Part shown: positions 24,401 to 35,800 of the stretch, in pieces
Numbering within the stretch: the first letter of the stretch is position 1
Layout of the letters: every line of letters starts with the position of its first letter
Assembly (NCBI RefSeq): GCF_947568905.1
Contig: NC_079169.1
Location: forward strand, 30,380,001 to 30,444,000
Direction of reading: 5' to 3'
Source: Ostrea edulis
Lineage: Eukaryota
DNA: 64,000 bases
Translations under genes and position numbers: made by a program
Notes under the pieces: generated by a model
What the model was told of the DNA's origin: nothing
What the model saw: the letters and a program-made list of their open reading frames with translations, nothing else
Databases searched by the model: none

Positions 24401-26352
24401 TCAAAACCTGCCTCCCAGAGAAATACATAATCAGTTCACATGTCAGATAGCTTGGTGCATCGTTACCTACTTTAACTTTTCTATTCGGAATATGTGTGGT
24501 ATCAATTCAGAGTGCATAATATGCTTCCAGGTTGAAATACACTGTCCGACGGGCGTATGTTGTACCGTTTGTGGTACTCTTGTTACAATTTCGCCCCTCC
24601 TTATAGTATTTCTTTGTAGAGATTTGACAATGTGCATACCATGGAAGACACATGCCGAGTAGCCACCTGAATATTGCTTATTATCATCCATCTCCTTCTG
24701 CTAATTTCTGTTTGGTTATGTTTTAAACTGATAGCTTGCACAGAGTTTCGTATTTGACTTCATACTCCAGTAAACATTACTATGGTAACTTACATATTGG
24801 ATGTCCTACCTCTCTCTGACAAATGATATTAATCAAAAGTTTTCGGTAATTTTTATAGCATACAGAACATTTCAAACACACCAAGTCTCAAATTTTCCGA
24901 AAATTATATATTCGAAACTAACCCTTACCACCGTAGACTGTTACGTAAGCCATGCTGTAGTCTAGATTTCTATATTATCATCATTATATTGAAGATATGG
25001 AGTTTTTATCTGTTAGACAAAAAAGAAATAACTTGCATCTTCAAAACATTAGTTTTCTGTAACTTTCAATTTCCATCAATCCTTAATTTTGGAGTAAATT
25101 TGCACAGAAACGGTACCTGCATGTCTGTAATTCTATCCTTGGTGTAAGAATAAAGCCCTTAATGTAAATATGTCGTTTTTACATCAGGGTTAAAAATTTG
25201 ATTTGTGGAAATTCTGAAATCCCCATGCTGCCAATGGATGACTCGCTTTGCTGAGTCCCTGTGCTATCATGTGTATTTCAATAGGATTAATGTAATGTCA
25301 AAACTAGCTTGCAGAAATTGACTGTGTAGTTTCACTTGATATAATGCTTAGTTGTAACAAAAGTAGAATTTCGATAGACTGTCTTTTTATTGATTTAAGC
25401 TCAATGAAGTGGACAAGCATGCAATGAAGCGCCGTCACAGTTTATGCCCCGAAAAATTCAACATCAATAAAATGTCACAAAGGTTATTCATCGAGCATGA
25501 TATACCAGAATTTCTCAAACCTTTTTCGGTGGAACTGGAACTTGAAACCTTCCGTGAGTCAGCAGACAACGACGCTCTGGTACCAGTAGCCTTCCATTGG
25601 AATGAAGGGGAACCAACGATTAAATCTAAAGCAGAATATGCTTTAAATCAGAAGGCCAACAAAGTCGTGATGACTATGAAGACTTTCCTAAATAAATCGG
25701 GGTGAGAAACTATAATTGCATATATGAAAAAAATATTTTGCCGTTCATTATATCAATGCATACCGGTACATGATACTTGCCATTACTATTTTGTAGAGTA
25801 TCTGTTGGTTTGGTTGCTCCTGGTAAAATAAACCTAGAAGAGGCCAAACTTGTTTATGCTGATATGTTCCTGTGTAAACTGGTAATTCACATCAGAATCG
25901 TCAAACCTCAACAAGCTATGGTTTACATCAACTGTGTATTGATAGAAAACCTTCCAAAAATTCAAGAACAGTATCAGTGTTTATGGAGGATAGGAGAATC
26001 GGAAGACATATATCTCAAGAACTTCCAAAGAATCCGAGTTCATCTGTCTGGAAATTCTGTTCGTAGAAAGTCCAAAACGCAGAGGGTTCTCAACTGTTTC
26101 ATCGTGTTTTCTGATCAAGCAAAGCAGAATTGTTTATCATTTCCAGTTGATAAAGACACAAGGATGGGCTCGAGCCCGAGTACGACATTTGATTTTAGTT
26201 TGGACAGCGGTTCAAAAAAGAAAATCCACCGACAAGAGTTCGATCCATGGATGTTAGTGGGAATGAAAACCTGTTCCACAGGAAATATTTCAGCGTTAAA
26301 GCTCAGCAGGGGACAAACATCTGTCGATTTTAAATCAAAAAGGCAACTTTAA
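10241..26352 (+). CDS. Multi-exon gene copy 1: acidic N-terminal region plus ZU5-ZU5-UPA-like module (DTHD1/PIDD/ankyrin-like), 631 aa, no death domain seen
   Basis: Hand-built model, all introns GT-AG and phase-compatible. Exons: 10241-10263, 10980-11054, 18092-18157, 18357-18425, 19104-19202, 19293-19328, 19603-19683, 19792-19821, 20839-20874, 22274-22616, 22710-22889, 25400-25701, 25797-26352 (1896 nt, no internal stop). FFIVKIPLKDSAMISPQGNTLSFNHTKGVSLDIPSQTV resembles the ZU5-ZU5 junction. IGESEDIYLKNFQRIRVHLSGN resembles UPA. Domain calls are by motif recall, not HMM. Splicing across the 7-kb intron 2 is inferred. Confidence 0.75.
11455..11598. other. Assembly gap (N run)
   Basis: Run of n, preceded closely by a (TA)n tract. 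Confidence 0.99.
13020..13790 (-). mobile_element. Degenerate Naiad-type PLE 3' fragment
   Basis: Collinear with 14985-15560 and contains the segment deleted there. Confidence 0.85.
13791..14047 (-). mobile_element. tRNA-derived SINE, degenerate
   Basis: Minus-strand B box GGTTCAAGCCC near the 5' end. Abuts the truncated Naiad. Confidence 0.55.
14050..14960 (-). mobile_element. Degenerate Tc1-like transposon, internally deleted
   Basis: MIWGYIT...YIFQDGNAPVYRA (second catalytic D region), ENCWWLLKK (E region), and N-terminal HTH remnant STVYSFLQRY...RSGRPK at ~14595-14770. Confidence 0.85.
14985..15830 (-). mobile_element. Penelope-like retroelement (Naiad clade) 3' part: RT core plus 3' UTR, internally deleted
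   Basis: ORF 15147..15896 has QQSVGIPMGTNCAPLLADLFL and FRYIDDVLS (PLE-type RT). A deletion at ~15200 joins SNIP directly to the 3' UTR. No C-terminal GIY-YIG seen. Confidence 0.9.
16370..16569 (-). mobile_element. 5'-truncated retrozyme copy
   Basis: Same motif and the same 3' end (atgtaaaac on + strand). Internal deletion near 16550. Confidence 0.8.
16395..16447 (-). ncRNA. Minimal type I hammerhead ribozyme, intact core
   Basis: Minus strand reads GCAUCA CUGAAGA GAC auuauuu GUC GAAA UGCGCA UC/UGGUGC. Confidence 0.85.
17270..17700 (+). mobile_element. Naiad 3' fragment
   Basis: SSAYGV...LMLQRLQQPRLKS remnant followed by the conserved 3' UTR. Duplicate at 42918-43335. Confidence 0.8.
18428..18560 (-). 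mobile_element. Short RTE-like 3' end
   Basis: ...LLMALLSAGREGNK-type terminus. Duplicate at ~44080-44210 and a related piece at ~2790-2840. Confidence 0.5.
19872..20125 (-). mobile_element. Naiad 3' UTR fragment
   Basis: atgaaaaggtgaagataaggaacagttatcaatctcatag consensus terminus. Duplicate at 45514-45790. Confidence 0.8.
20209..20724. mobile_element. TTAA-targeting MITE (Kolobok-like), present only in unit A
   Basis: TIRs agggactgattcacgatttt / aaaatcgtgaaccagtccct, with TTAA on both sides. Empty site with a single TTAA at 45873-45876. Confidence 0.88.
21293..21347. repeat. (CA)n(TA)n compound microsatellite
   Basis: Directly visible. The paralogous position in unit B is an N gap. Confidence 0.95.
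21350..21400 (-). mobile_element. ~50-nt retrozyme 3' fragment embedded in (CA)n(TA)n...(TA)n microsatellite
   Basis: aaaacttatacggtgccaattttgatgcaccagatgcgcatttcgacaaat. Its paralogue abuts the N gap at 46588. Confidence 0.75.
21831..22239 (-). mobile_element. Non-LTR retrozyme: one 349-nt monomer plus ~60-nt partial repeat, with one complete and one partial hammerhead
   Basis: atgtaaaacttatacggtaccaattttgatgcaccagatgc recurs at 21831 and 22180 (period 349). The minus strand folds as a type I hammerhead. Confidence 0.85.
21856..21908 (-). ncRNA. Minimal type I hammerhead ribozyme, intact core
   Basis: Minus strand reads UUGA-GCAUCA CUGAAGA GAC-auaauuu-GUC GAAA UGCGCA UC/ UGGUGC-a-UCAA. Stem I GCAUCA/UGGUGC, stem II GAC/GUC, palindromic stem III. 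Predicted cleavage between 21867 and 21866. Confidence 0.88.
22274..22889 (+). CDS. Exons 10-11 of copy 1 (22274-22616, 22710-22889): first ZU5-like domain and start of the second
   Basis: ttttcag|T TCT GTA...CAT ATG|gtac and catttcag|GGC GAT...ATG CAG|gtag. ORF-track entries 22236..22646 and 22785..22997 overlap these exons. Confidence 0.8.
23249..24584 (+). mobile_element. Helentron-associated non-autonomous element (HINE-like) with internal ~120-bp tandem repeats
   Basis: T-rich 5' end, (GTCT)/(GACT) microsatellite, imperfect ~120-bp repeats (cagatattgccct...aaaagtaggtcaaacag), and 3' palindrome gtaccgtttgtggtac-tcttgtt. Confidence 0.75.
25400..26352 (+). CDS. Exons 12-13 of copy 1 (25400-25701, 25797-26352): rest of second ZU5-like domain, UPA-like domain and stop
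   Basis: ttaag|CTC AAT...TCG GG|gtgag and ttgtag|A GTA TCT...CTT TAA. Open frames match ORFs 25409..25705 and 25777..26352. Confidence 0.8.
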
Positions 26353-26674
26353 AGAATGATTCCAAGAAATGTTGTAAAGGATATTGAACTTTTCAAAATT
26401 AACAAAATAGTATACGTATATCAGATCCAACAGATGAGATGGAGGAAAGCATTGCTTTGCACACAATGGAAACAATATCCTGGTATTCTCTACGAAAAGC
26501 TTTTTTTCAGTTTTAGAAGGTTTATTCACTCGGACCACATCTAGTAGTACAGAACATATTGTACGATAATCACTGTTCTATTACAACAAAAGTCCATTAA
26601 AACAAAGGACAATGGATAAGGGAAAAAATAAGAGAAATGCATAATGTGCAAATAGATATGGACTCTTCTTTTGC

Positions 26675-27954
26675 AGGTGTTTTGCTCCTTTTTTGAAATT
26701 TAATGTTATACAGAGGATACATAATTAGTCATGCTAACTCCTCCCACAATTTTCAAGCGAAGACCTTATTTTTCAGTGTTTTTATGGGTATTGAAGATGT
26801 GCATGTGACAAGGAATATGATTTTCTTCAATGTTGATGAAAATTACAGGTTAATGAACAGTTTTGGGGAAATATTACATAGAGCGTACATGGTTTGTCTG
26901 TTTAACTCGTCCCACAGTTTTCAAGTGAGGACCTTATTTTTCAATGTTTGTATGGGTATTTAAGATTTGTATATAGCAAGGACTTTGATTTTCTTCAAGT
27001 TTAAAAAGAAAATTACAGGTTATGAAACTTGAGTCAGTTTTGAGGAAATATCATGGAGTGAGTGCATGGTTTGTCTTTTTATATCCTGTCACATTTTTAA
27101 AACTAGGGCCTTTGTAAACAACTTGAAGATGTGCGTATTGCAAGGATTTTGATTCTCAACAATTTCCTCATTTTGTTTGAAATATTTTCATGTTTATTTT
27201 TAACTTAATTTGGAGGAAATATTGTCCACACAGACCAGTTGGCATTACATGATTTGTCCGTCTTAACAAGTGATGACTTTCTTTTTCTACAGAGTTTTTG
27301 TATCAGTATTGAAAATTTTGATATTGCTGCTGACATAGACATACAAATTGATGTTACAGATGTTTCAACAGTCTTGTTTAAAGTCAACATTTTTATGGTC
27401 GTTATAACGATCTAGTTTACAAATACAACCAGCCATTGGGTCATATACTGTCTGACATGTTTCATAGGTCAATTCTTATGCCGTTCTTTACAAACTGATT
27501 TTGACTATGGATAACGCCGTATGCCTGATCAAGATATAGGGCTCACGTTTGGTGTGTACCGGGTAACAGGGGATGTCTACTCCTCCTAGGCACCTGATTA
27601 CACCTATGATATGTCCAGGTATCCTGTTTGCCCAATTCTTAATTTTGTATTCCTTATAGAAGTTATGAGATAGATCACTGTTCTTTATCTTCACCTTTCA
27701 TAGGTTAACTCTTATATGGAATAAGCAAACCTGAATAGATATGAAAATTTAAAAGACCATGTAACATTTGCTGACCATCCTTTATTTATTTGTTATAAAC
27801 ACAGTGCGTCACATCCTACCATACATAAACTTCTACGGCTCCTGACATTTTTTCCATGTTAGCTAATGGATGTCACAAAACAAACACCTTATAATAAAAC
27901 ACCCTAAATAGCCATCTCACGGGCGTATTATGTACCTTTTGCGGTACTCTTGTT
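26675..27954 (+). mobile_element. Second HINE-like element (~160-bp degenerate repeats) carrying a Naiad insert
   Basis: Three degenerate units containing gaagatgtgc...caagga, and a 3' end gggcgtattatgtaccttttgcggtactcttgtt. Duplicate at ~52146-53434. Confidence 0.5.
27290..27702 (+). mobile_element. Naiad 3' fragment within a HINE-like element
   Basis: FYGRYNDLV.KYN remnant plus 3' UTR ending ttcacctttcat. Duplicate at ~52770-53181. Confidence 0.78.
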
Positions 27955-28379
27955 CTTCTTTCGAACAATACATCACATTTTAAAGTAAAATGAAATTCAT
28001 CAGCTATTTGAAAGGTGTGACATAAAGTAGATAAATAGATATATTTTTATTCATTGGCAACTTTTAAAGTTAAAAGTACAATAGCTAAGTTAAAAAAGAT
28101 AAGAATATTAGCAACATATCAACTTGATAAGACTGTATATGAAAATACAAGGAATAATTTCATGAGCATTACATATAATAAAAATATTTGGACATAAATA
28201 TAATCAAACGGACGTACATTAGGTAAAAAAACCCAACCAACCCAATTAACCAGCAATGAGTCTGAAATAAGGATTAAAAAGTCTGCTGACTAGCTTTCAG
28301 AATACACTGTGTGGTTATGTATGCCTTTGGTTTTGTATACACCATGGTATAAAACTGTTCTTGTAACGGTTTGTTTTGA

Positions 28380-29533
28380 ATTTTGGTAAATAATACTTTG
28401 AGGGGTTTCTTAGATTTTATAGGTTTTCGCAAACGTCAGGAAGGAGGCAGTGGAGTTGATGGGATGGGACTTCCATATCCTTGAAAAGTTTTAAACATCT
28501 ATTTTTGCGTCTATCAGATATGTTTTCAAGTCGGGTATATTCCAATGCTTTTTGGTAGGAGTCTAATGGTCGTATGATTTTGAGAGTGTGCTTTTGGATG
28601 GGTTGGATTTGATCTGATAGAGTAGATGTGAGGCCTGTGGACCACAACGGGTATGTGTATTCACCAATCGGTCTTATAAGGGACTTATAAACTCGAAGAA
28701 GATCCCTCTCGCTTAATCCAGAGTATTTTAGTTGGCGTAGGTAGAATAAACGCGTTGATGCCTTTTCTGTTATGTATTTCATATGTGGTCCCCATTTCAG
28801 ATCTTCACTTATTACAACTCTAAGTAGTTTACTCACTGATACATGCTCTATTTCTGAACCATTCATTATCAGTTTATCAATATCTGGTTCTCTTCCGAAT
28901 GAAATAATCATTTTGTTTTTGTTTTGGAGGTATTTATACCAAGTTGGTTTTCAGATGACCACTCCAAGATAGATTTAACAGCAGATGTCATCTGTGAGTT
29001 AACATGTTTTTGACGCATTTCAATGAAGGTTGTATCATCTACAAATTTGACATCAGCAACTTCAGATTGGAGATCTGCTACCAGTTGGATAAACAGATCT
29101 GGGACACTTAAAGTTCTCTGTGAAACACCACCATTCATTTTTACCCAGTCTGATTTGTTGTTCCCGATCTTGACTCTCTGCATTCAGTTTGTAAGGAAAC
29201 TTTGGAACCATTGTAATATACTAGGATTGGTATCACTATTACTTACTTTTCCATAGGGTTTTCATGGTATATGTGGTCGAATGCTTTACTGAAGTCATTT
29301 AGAAAAAGTTTGGCAAAGTTTTTGCTATTATCCAGAGCCTTATAAATTAGTTAATTTTGGTACTGGAACAACATCACCTTTTCCCAACATGATGGTACAG
29401 TGACCTCCCTTAGTGAGCTGTTGAAGATGGCGCACATTGGTTTAGCCATGATATGTGATATCTCTATCAAGATCCAGTTTGGAATATTATCAGGACCTAT
29501 GTCATCTACACAACACAGTTGGATTTCTGTAAG

Positions 29534-29568
<35 letters not shown>

Positions 29569-31060
29569 ATTCATACCATTCGATTCGATGCACCGATTAC
29601 AAATTCCGGATTTCGGTTCGGTTCGGTTTAGATTTTACTTACACCAAAACAACAAATATGGCGTCCGAGTGATGTTGAAAACATGTGGTTTTTTATGCAA
29701 CGGAGATTTAAATCACTACTGTGTTAAGAGTTAGCATTTTCACCACTCAGATACCAACAGAATATGGTCCGTAAGATCATTGCAGTTTATCTTTACATGA
29801 CATATAGCATTTCTGTCAGTGGTAGAGTGAAATCAACATCGTAGGTAATGACACAGATTTGACAGTTAACATGAGAGAAGTAAATCAATAAAGGAGAGAT
29901 TTTCAAAGACTCTCAATTGATAGAATTGTTGAATTTTTGCATATCAATGAAAACAATATCATATACATTTTAGATTCACTATAGATTTGTTTAATAATCC
30001 AAAACTTATGCAGCACATTAATATAACAAATTTTGATAGACTGTCAGTGTTTTCTTTTTTCTATCAAAGTTATAAAATGCCATTATGAATAGATATGATG
30101 TTTACAAATGACAACATATAGTTATATAACTTGAATGAAATCAAATCAAATATGCTACTCATTAAAATTGTTAATTTTTGTGGTGTCAATAGATAAATTG
30201 GACCTAACATGAACCGAATCGAAAATAACCGAACCGTGCTGTTCCGAATCGAAACCGAACCGAATCGAGCTAACCTTGAATCGTCCCAGCCCTAGATTTC
30301 TGGCAGTGGTTCATGATAATTCAAAACCGAGACAAAGGCCATGTTAATTTCAATGGACAGTAGCTGAATGTCACCATTGGAATTGTTTGTTGCAAGGTTT
30401 TGTAGCCCATCACCCTTTTTATTTAGTCCTAAATAGGCTTTAACAGATTTCCACCATTGCTTATTGTAAAAATCGCACATCTCATCAACAGAATTTTGGT
30501 AGAATTTAGATCGAATCATTTTTGATTCTCTGTTCACTTGATTTCGTAGTTTATGGTACAACTCAATATCGCCGCTGTTCCTGGCATGCCGTCGTCTACA
30601 AATTAGTTTATGGAATTCAGCTGTAATCCATGGTTTGTCATTGGACCGCACTCCTTTTTCTCGGATAGGAATGCACTAGTCTACAATGTCTGAAATTGTT
30701 TTGTTGAAGAAGTCTATTTGGTGTTCACGTGAAGGTAATCGATGAAGATCTTCCCATTTGACAGCGCTCAATTTAGCAGTAACCTCCATCTTCTGGTTAA
30801 CTGATGCACGTCTCGATGTTGACACCGATATTTTTGGTTTCGCTGACTTGGTAGTGCATGGCCTAACCATCACTGCTTCATGATCAGATGACCTTAAGGA
30901 TCCAATAATGAAAGGTTCACTATAGTAGTCTGCTAGATTGGTTATTATCTTATCTAAAATACTTTGAGATCGAGTTGGTGTTTTCACAATTTGTTTGAGA
31001 TAAAAACTCCTAGGTACGTGGTCTTTTGCTAAAACGATTACCAGGCCATCTACCAGTTTC
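28380..31060 (-). mobile_element. Degenerate CR1/L2-group LINE (EN C-terminus plus RT), interrupted by a hAT MITE
   Basis: Fragmented ORFs: SILDKIITN...SSDHEAV (APE end), KPWIT, GPDNIPNWIL, GGVSQRTLSVPDLF, KFVDDTT, RLFYLRQLK, YKSLIRP. Confidence 0.88.
29530..30294. mobile_element. Non-autonomous hAT-like element (765 bp)
   Basis: Termini TAAGGCTG / CAGCCCTA. Exact 8-bp TSD GATTTCTG (29522-29529, 30295-30302). Subterminal aaccg/cgaat repeats. LINE frame rejoins LPEI|QLCC when it is removed. Confidence 0.9.
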
Positions 31061-31625
31061 TGTTGTTTGATTTGTGATGATTTGTCGTGGTTTTTTAATA
31101 ACGAAATCCTATAGTTTTCTTGTCTTTTGAAGAATTAAACATTTCACTGATTCACTTTTTTATGAATTGTTCCTTCGACCTTTGCCTTATAATGCCTGTG
31201 ACATAATGTACATAAAAAAGATACCTGTTGCTGTTATATTTGTGGTAATCCACATATACTTAAAATATTTTGGATCATCCCATCCATGGATTGTTGATAT
31301 TTTTACTAAAGTTTGTGAACATATGTATTTATACAAGGCATTTTCTCTTTTTTCTGGACCAATGAAAGTTTTGTCTGGTATGAAACCAATCGAGATTAAA
31401 CGTTAATATACAAAGGAAAACAATTTCTTTCAATATATGCCATAAATGATGACGTAGAACTTTACAAGTGCAAGAAATGGTTTGAAAGTCTTAAATAAAT
31501 TCAAACACAATAGTCAATGATTCTGTGCTACTCGACAGAAGCACATATGCGACGAAAATAAGCATGTCATACATGGAATGTTGTGTTTGGCTTTCCAGAA
31601 CGTCTTTAGGACAGATTTCTGGACC

Positions 31626-31746
31626 CAATTGCACGAAGGTTAGTTAACTTTAACTGACAGTTAACTTGCCATTAACTTGAACATGTATATAGAATGAACT
31701 TGAAATTAACTGTTAAGTTAAACTTAACTAACTTTTGTGCAACTGG
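31626..31746. mobile_element. Small hairpin MITE
   Basis: ccaattgcacgaaggttagttaa / ttaactaacttttgtgcaactgg inverted termini. Duplicate at ~57107-57227. Confidence 0.55.
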
Positions 31747-32059
31747 TTAGTGAAGTACTGAAGAATTGGTATATTTCATTGTTGGAGAAAGATGTAAAAA
31801 TATATATATATTCTCGTGTTGCCAGAAATAAATGTCTTGTAAAATAAATGTACGAGGATTGTCCCCAAAATTCCATGAACTGGGCTTATAACTTTTAAAG
31901 TATCGATTTAATATCATAAAAACTGCTATATATTACCATATATACCATTATTGAACAATACACAACATTTCAATGTTGTACTTCATTTAGCTTTTTTGAG
32001 AACATTGATTATTTTACAATAAGTTTGTGCTCAGCGGAGCAACTTTTCCCGCGGATCGA

Positions 32060-32895
32060 AGCCGTCTGAGAAAATCCTTGGTTATGGATTTGCCAATCAC
32101 AGGCTCTTTTAACCACCACGGGTCATGGATGATATTCCTTCCCAATCATGTCGCCAGTTCATTAAGCTCAAATTTACAAAGGAATAGATGCCAAAAACAT
32201 AAGCAACAGTCTTCGTGATAAAAGAGCTCAGTCCTGTATTCCAACTCATTTCAAGTTCAAGTTTACACCCAGTATTTCCTACAAATATACTTCTACTATT
32301 GCATCCAAACTTTTAAACGATAAACAAACTTTGCAGTGCCTAGGTATAGACTATATTAGACTTAATCCACCAACGTGTTCTTGTTTCAACGATATAGTTG
32401 AAAATGAGGACCTCAAATCACTTATTCTAAAAGGTCCTAAATACAGAGAACCTCGGTCTTTCAATTGGAGACAGAATTTCATCGCTATTATGAATTATGT
32501 CGAGAACTATGCCAGACAATGGGCTAAATATGAAAAAGAACTTCATACATTGTCAGAATGGATTAAAAGTATAAGAACAATATTAATATCCCGCATTAGA
32601 CATATTAAAACAAAATTACGTACCATCTATCCTTCTGTGTTTAGTAAACCAGAAGTGAAAAAAGAATTAGATACAATGTAAGTTACATGAGGAATATGTT
32701 TTGGTTCCAGCTGACAAAGCTTGTAACAACATTGTCTTTGTTTGTAGGACTCATTATAACAACTGCATTTTAAACGAACTTGACATTAATTCCCCTCTTG
32801 GTAATCGTATCTATACTCCAATTGCCCTTTTAAAACACGAAATCCTTCAAAACCATGCTTCAGTTTTAGACACATTTAATATCCCAGGACCAAAA
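32060..32895 (+). mobile_element. Naiad-type PLE fragment: CxC linker and pre-RT region
   Basis: PPTCSC (CxC motif of N-terminal-EN PLEs), KGPKYREP, LSEWIKSIR, VPADKACNNIVFVC. Confidence 0.85.
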
Positions 32896-35800
32896 GAGAT
32901 TCGTATATATGTATGATTAACTGGATAATATAATTAAGAAAAAATATGTGTTGTTAATATCCAAATGTATATGTGCTGAAAAACTGTTTCTTCTTAATAG
33001 CGTTGGTAATATGATTCGTTCCACTCTTTAAATACAGTTACACGGAATTGTACTTTCTTTATACAAAATACCGATACCAATGAAAAAGAACTTCAACTGA
33101 CCCTGTAGGGCATTTTAAAAATGACTACATATCTTTGTGTTAACAAAGGAGGCAATGATTTTCTGGACGAGAAACTTCTCAAATTGTCAATTTTGTGAGC
33201 GGAGGAACTCATTAACGGCCATAGCTTCTCCTCCCCAACAGAATGGACTATTCAACACATTTCTCTGTTGCATAATGTATATATATACTGGCTATTTGTC
33301 TAGTTGGAAGAACATTTGTAAATATTTGTATATGCACATTCAATATTAAGAAACTTTGACCTTGTGAAGGACGTCAGCCCCGGTCCCAGTGGAATGTTTA
33401 GTTAGAGAATTTCTGCAGTTTATGTACAAGATATCTACAAAACCTTCAGGTGTGAGGAAGGGTTTCAGAGAAATATAAATAATTTAAATAAAGATTACAT
33501 CGACTCATAAGCACGATCAAATTTCAGGCGACATCCATTCATGTCAAGTTTTGAAAACTTTAAATAGACTGGAAATTTTCCTGCTCAAAGGCTGTAAGCG
33601 CTGAGCTTAGGCCTAAATTTTGCAGCTCTTGACCGGCAATGAGTGAACAATTCTCGAGAGGGACGTTAAATAATGCGCAATCAATGAATCTAAATGAAAA
33701 TTTAATTGTTTTAGTTTAGACTACTACCTCGGCATTTTCAAATTATTGAACTGAAATCCTCAGTAATTATAAATATAATTTTTATGTCCTGACCACAATT
33801 GTACTGTTACGTGTTTCTTTATATATTGTAGGTCAATGGCATTCAGACACAAGCCCATCAGTATGTACAGTGTATGATGAAGATTCTTTAAATGGAGGAT
33901 ATAGGACCAAATTTTCAACCAGAATCAGATAGCAACGAGCAGAGACACAAAATCAGAAAGCGAGGAGCAGAGACACAGAATCAAAATATGCTCAGTCCAT
34001 GTTGTCTCATCATGCGATTACTGGAGTCTACTTCAAACATGAAGAAATTTGTTGAGTGTGTAATTTAGTGAACCAAAGCCAAATCAATTCATAATTCTTT
34101 TTAAATTTTCAATGCAACAGTTAAAATTGTCTGCGGACATCCTTTTTCACAACCCAAAACAATATGAATCTAAATCCATGCACCCCTCAGTAATGTTTCA
34201 TACTAGCTTCATCACATCATAAAGACAGTATCTGCAATTTCTTGCTTTTCAATGAATTCGTTAACAAAATTGCACTGATACCGTAAAATCATATTATAGA
34301 TTTAAATGTATAGGTTAATTACTGACAAGCATGCGTATGCTCAGGTAGCAGGGAACAGTTTCGCACTATAGACCCGGTCAACTTTTCAAAAAATGGAAAT
34401 ACCCCATATTTGAAGTGATATTACATGTGTAAAAATGTATACAATGATTTTAGGATGCATGTCAAATGTAGCTGAGTGCTTAATAAATTTTTTTATATAC
34501 GACATGTAGGTGTCACCATGATTCCTAGCATATAGATGGGTGCAAATACGAAACTAAGACACGTGGTCAGTTGCTGAAGAAATTCCGGTGAAAACATGCA
34601 GGGTCCAGCAAAAGTCTGTAGATGTGAGGGAAAGTGGATGGTCCCATATGAAAGGTAGATTTTTGAGAAGGGCAGATAGGGTTCTTGATTGTGCATAGTG
34701 TCTAAATCCCCATGTTTGGTACTGTGATGATGTGGGGGTGGTGCGGATTAGCCCAAACGAGAGAAAATCACAGCAAAAACGGGGAACCTGCTCAGAGCAT
34801 GTTGTTTTTGCACCAGCACCAGTATGTATAGATTACATGTAATTTAGGGTCATACTTTATTAACTACACTAATATGAAATACAAGTATTGACATAAAAGG
34901 GAAATATGGTTTTTCATTAGTTTGTCATAATCTGACTTTAATGTATACCCCCTATCCACATGTTTCAGAACCAAAGAAATTGTCCCCTGCCCCCTCAGTC
35001 AATTGATCTTTAACTCGTTGGGACGAGTGTTCGGAGAGCTATTGTGATGACATTGTGATGTGTAAGACTTTTGACCTACCGAGCTTTGATTTTCAAAACA
35101 TTTAACACTGGCTATATTTTTTTTAAATCAAGATGGATAGGGATAAATTTTATTACTTCTCCTATAGATATCTCGTGACAAGTCTTTCATATGGTACAAA
35201 GACACTTTACCTAGTGACCTTGAACTTTTACCTACATTTCAAATACTTTCATATTGGCTCTATCTTTTAAACTAAAGGAGATAGTTCTATGATATTTCAC
35301 ATATAGCTGAGTCATGACAAGGGATTTCCTTTGGTAAGTTGTTTTCTGACAACTCTAGTTATTGGTTAATGCATAAACTTTATAGATATCTTAAAAATGA
35401 AGGGAATTGTGGAATTCATACTGTTGGTGGTATATACATGTTAAATGATTTGATTGGACTTATTTGTACTTCAAATACTGCTTCAAAGATGGGGGGCGTG
35501 TGGAGAACATCTGTAATGTTCACCCCTACAATTAGCACTTGTTAAATGTGTGTTGATTGGGATTCACGGAGGTAATCCTTAAAGTTCATGAACCTCTCCT
35601 CTTTGAGTCAATTTTCGTCAATGTACATTTACCTTGTAGGTTACAAGCATACCAACACACTGTTGTCCATGATGGTTATGAGCCTGCTGTGAACACGTTT
35701 TACAAAAAATCAAACAAAAAACAAAAACTAGTAGAAATATCAAAGTTTGACGGAAAGCAGCACAGTCACAAAGAGGTCTTCACCAATAAAAATGAATCAA

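Noticed and set aside
23249-24584. Regularly spaced repeats as a CRISPR array
   Set aside because: Units are degenerate over their whole ~120 bp with no unique spacers, there are no cas genes, and the context is eukaryotic. Fits a HINE-like internal satellite.
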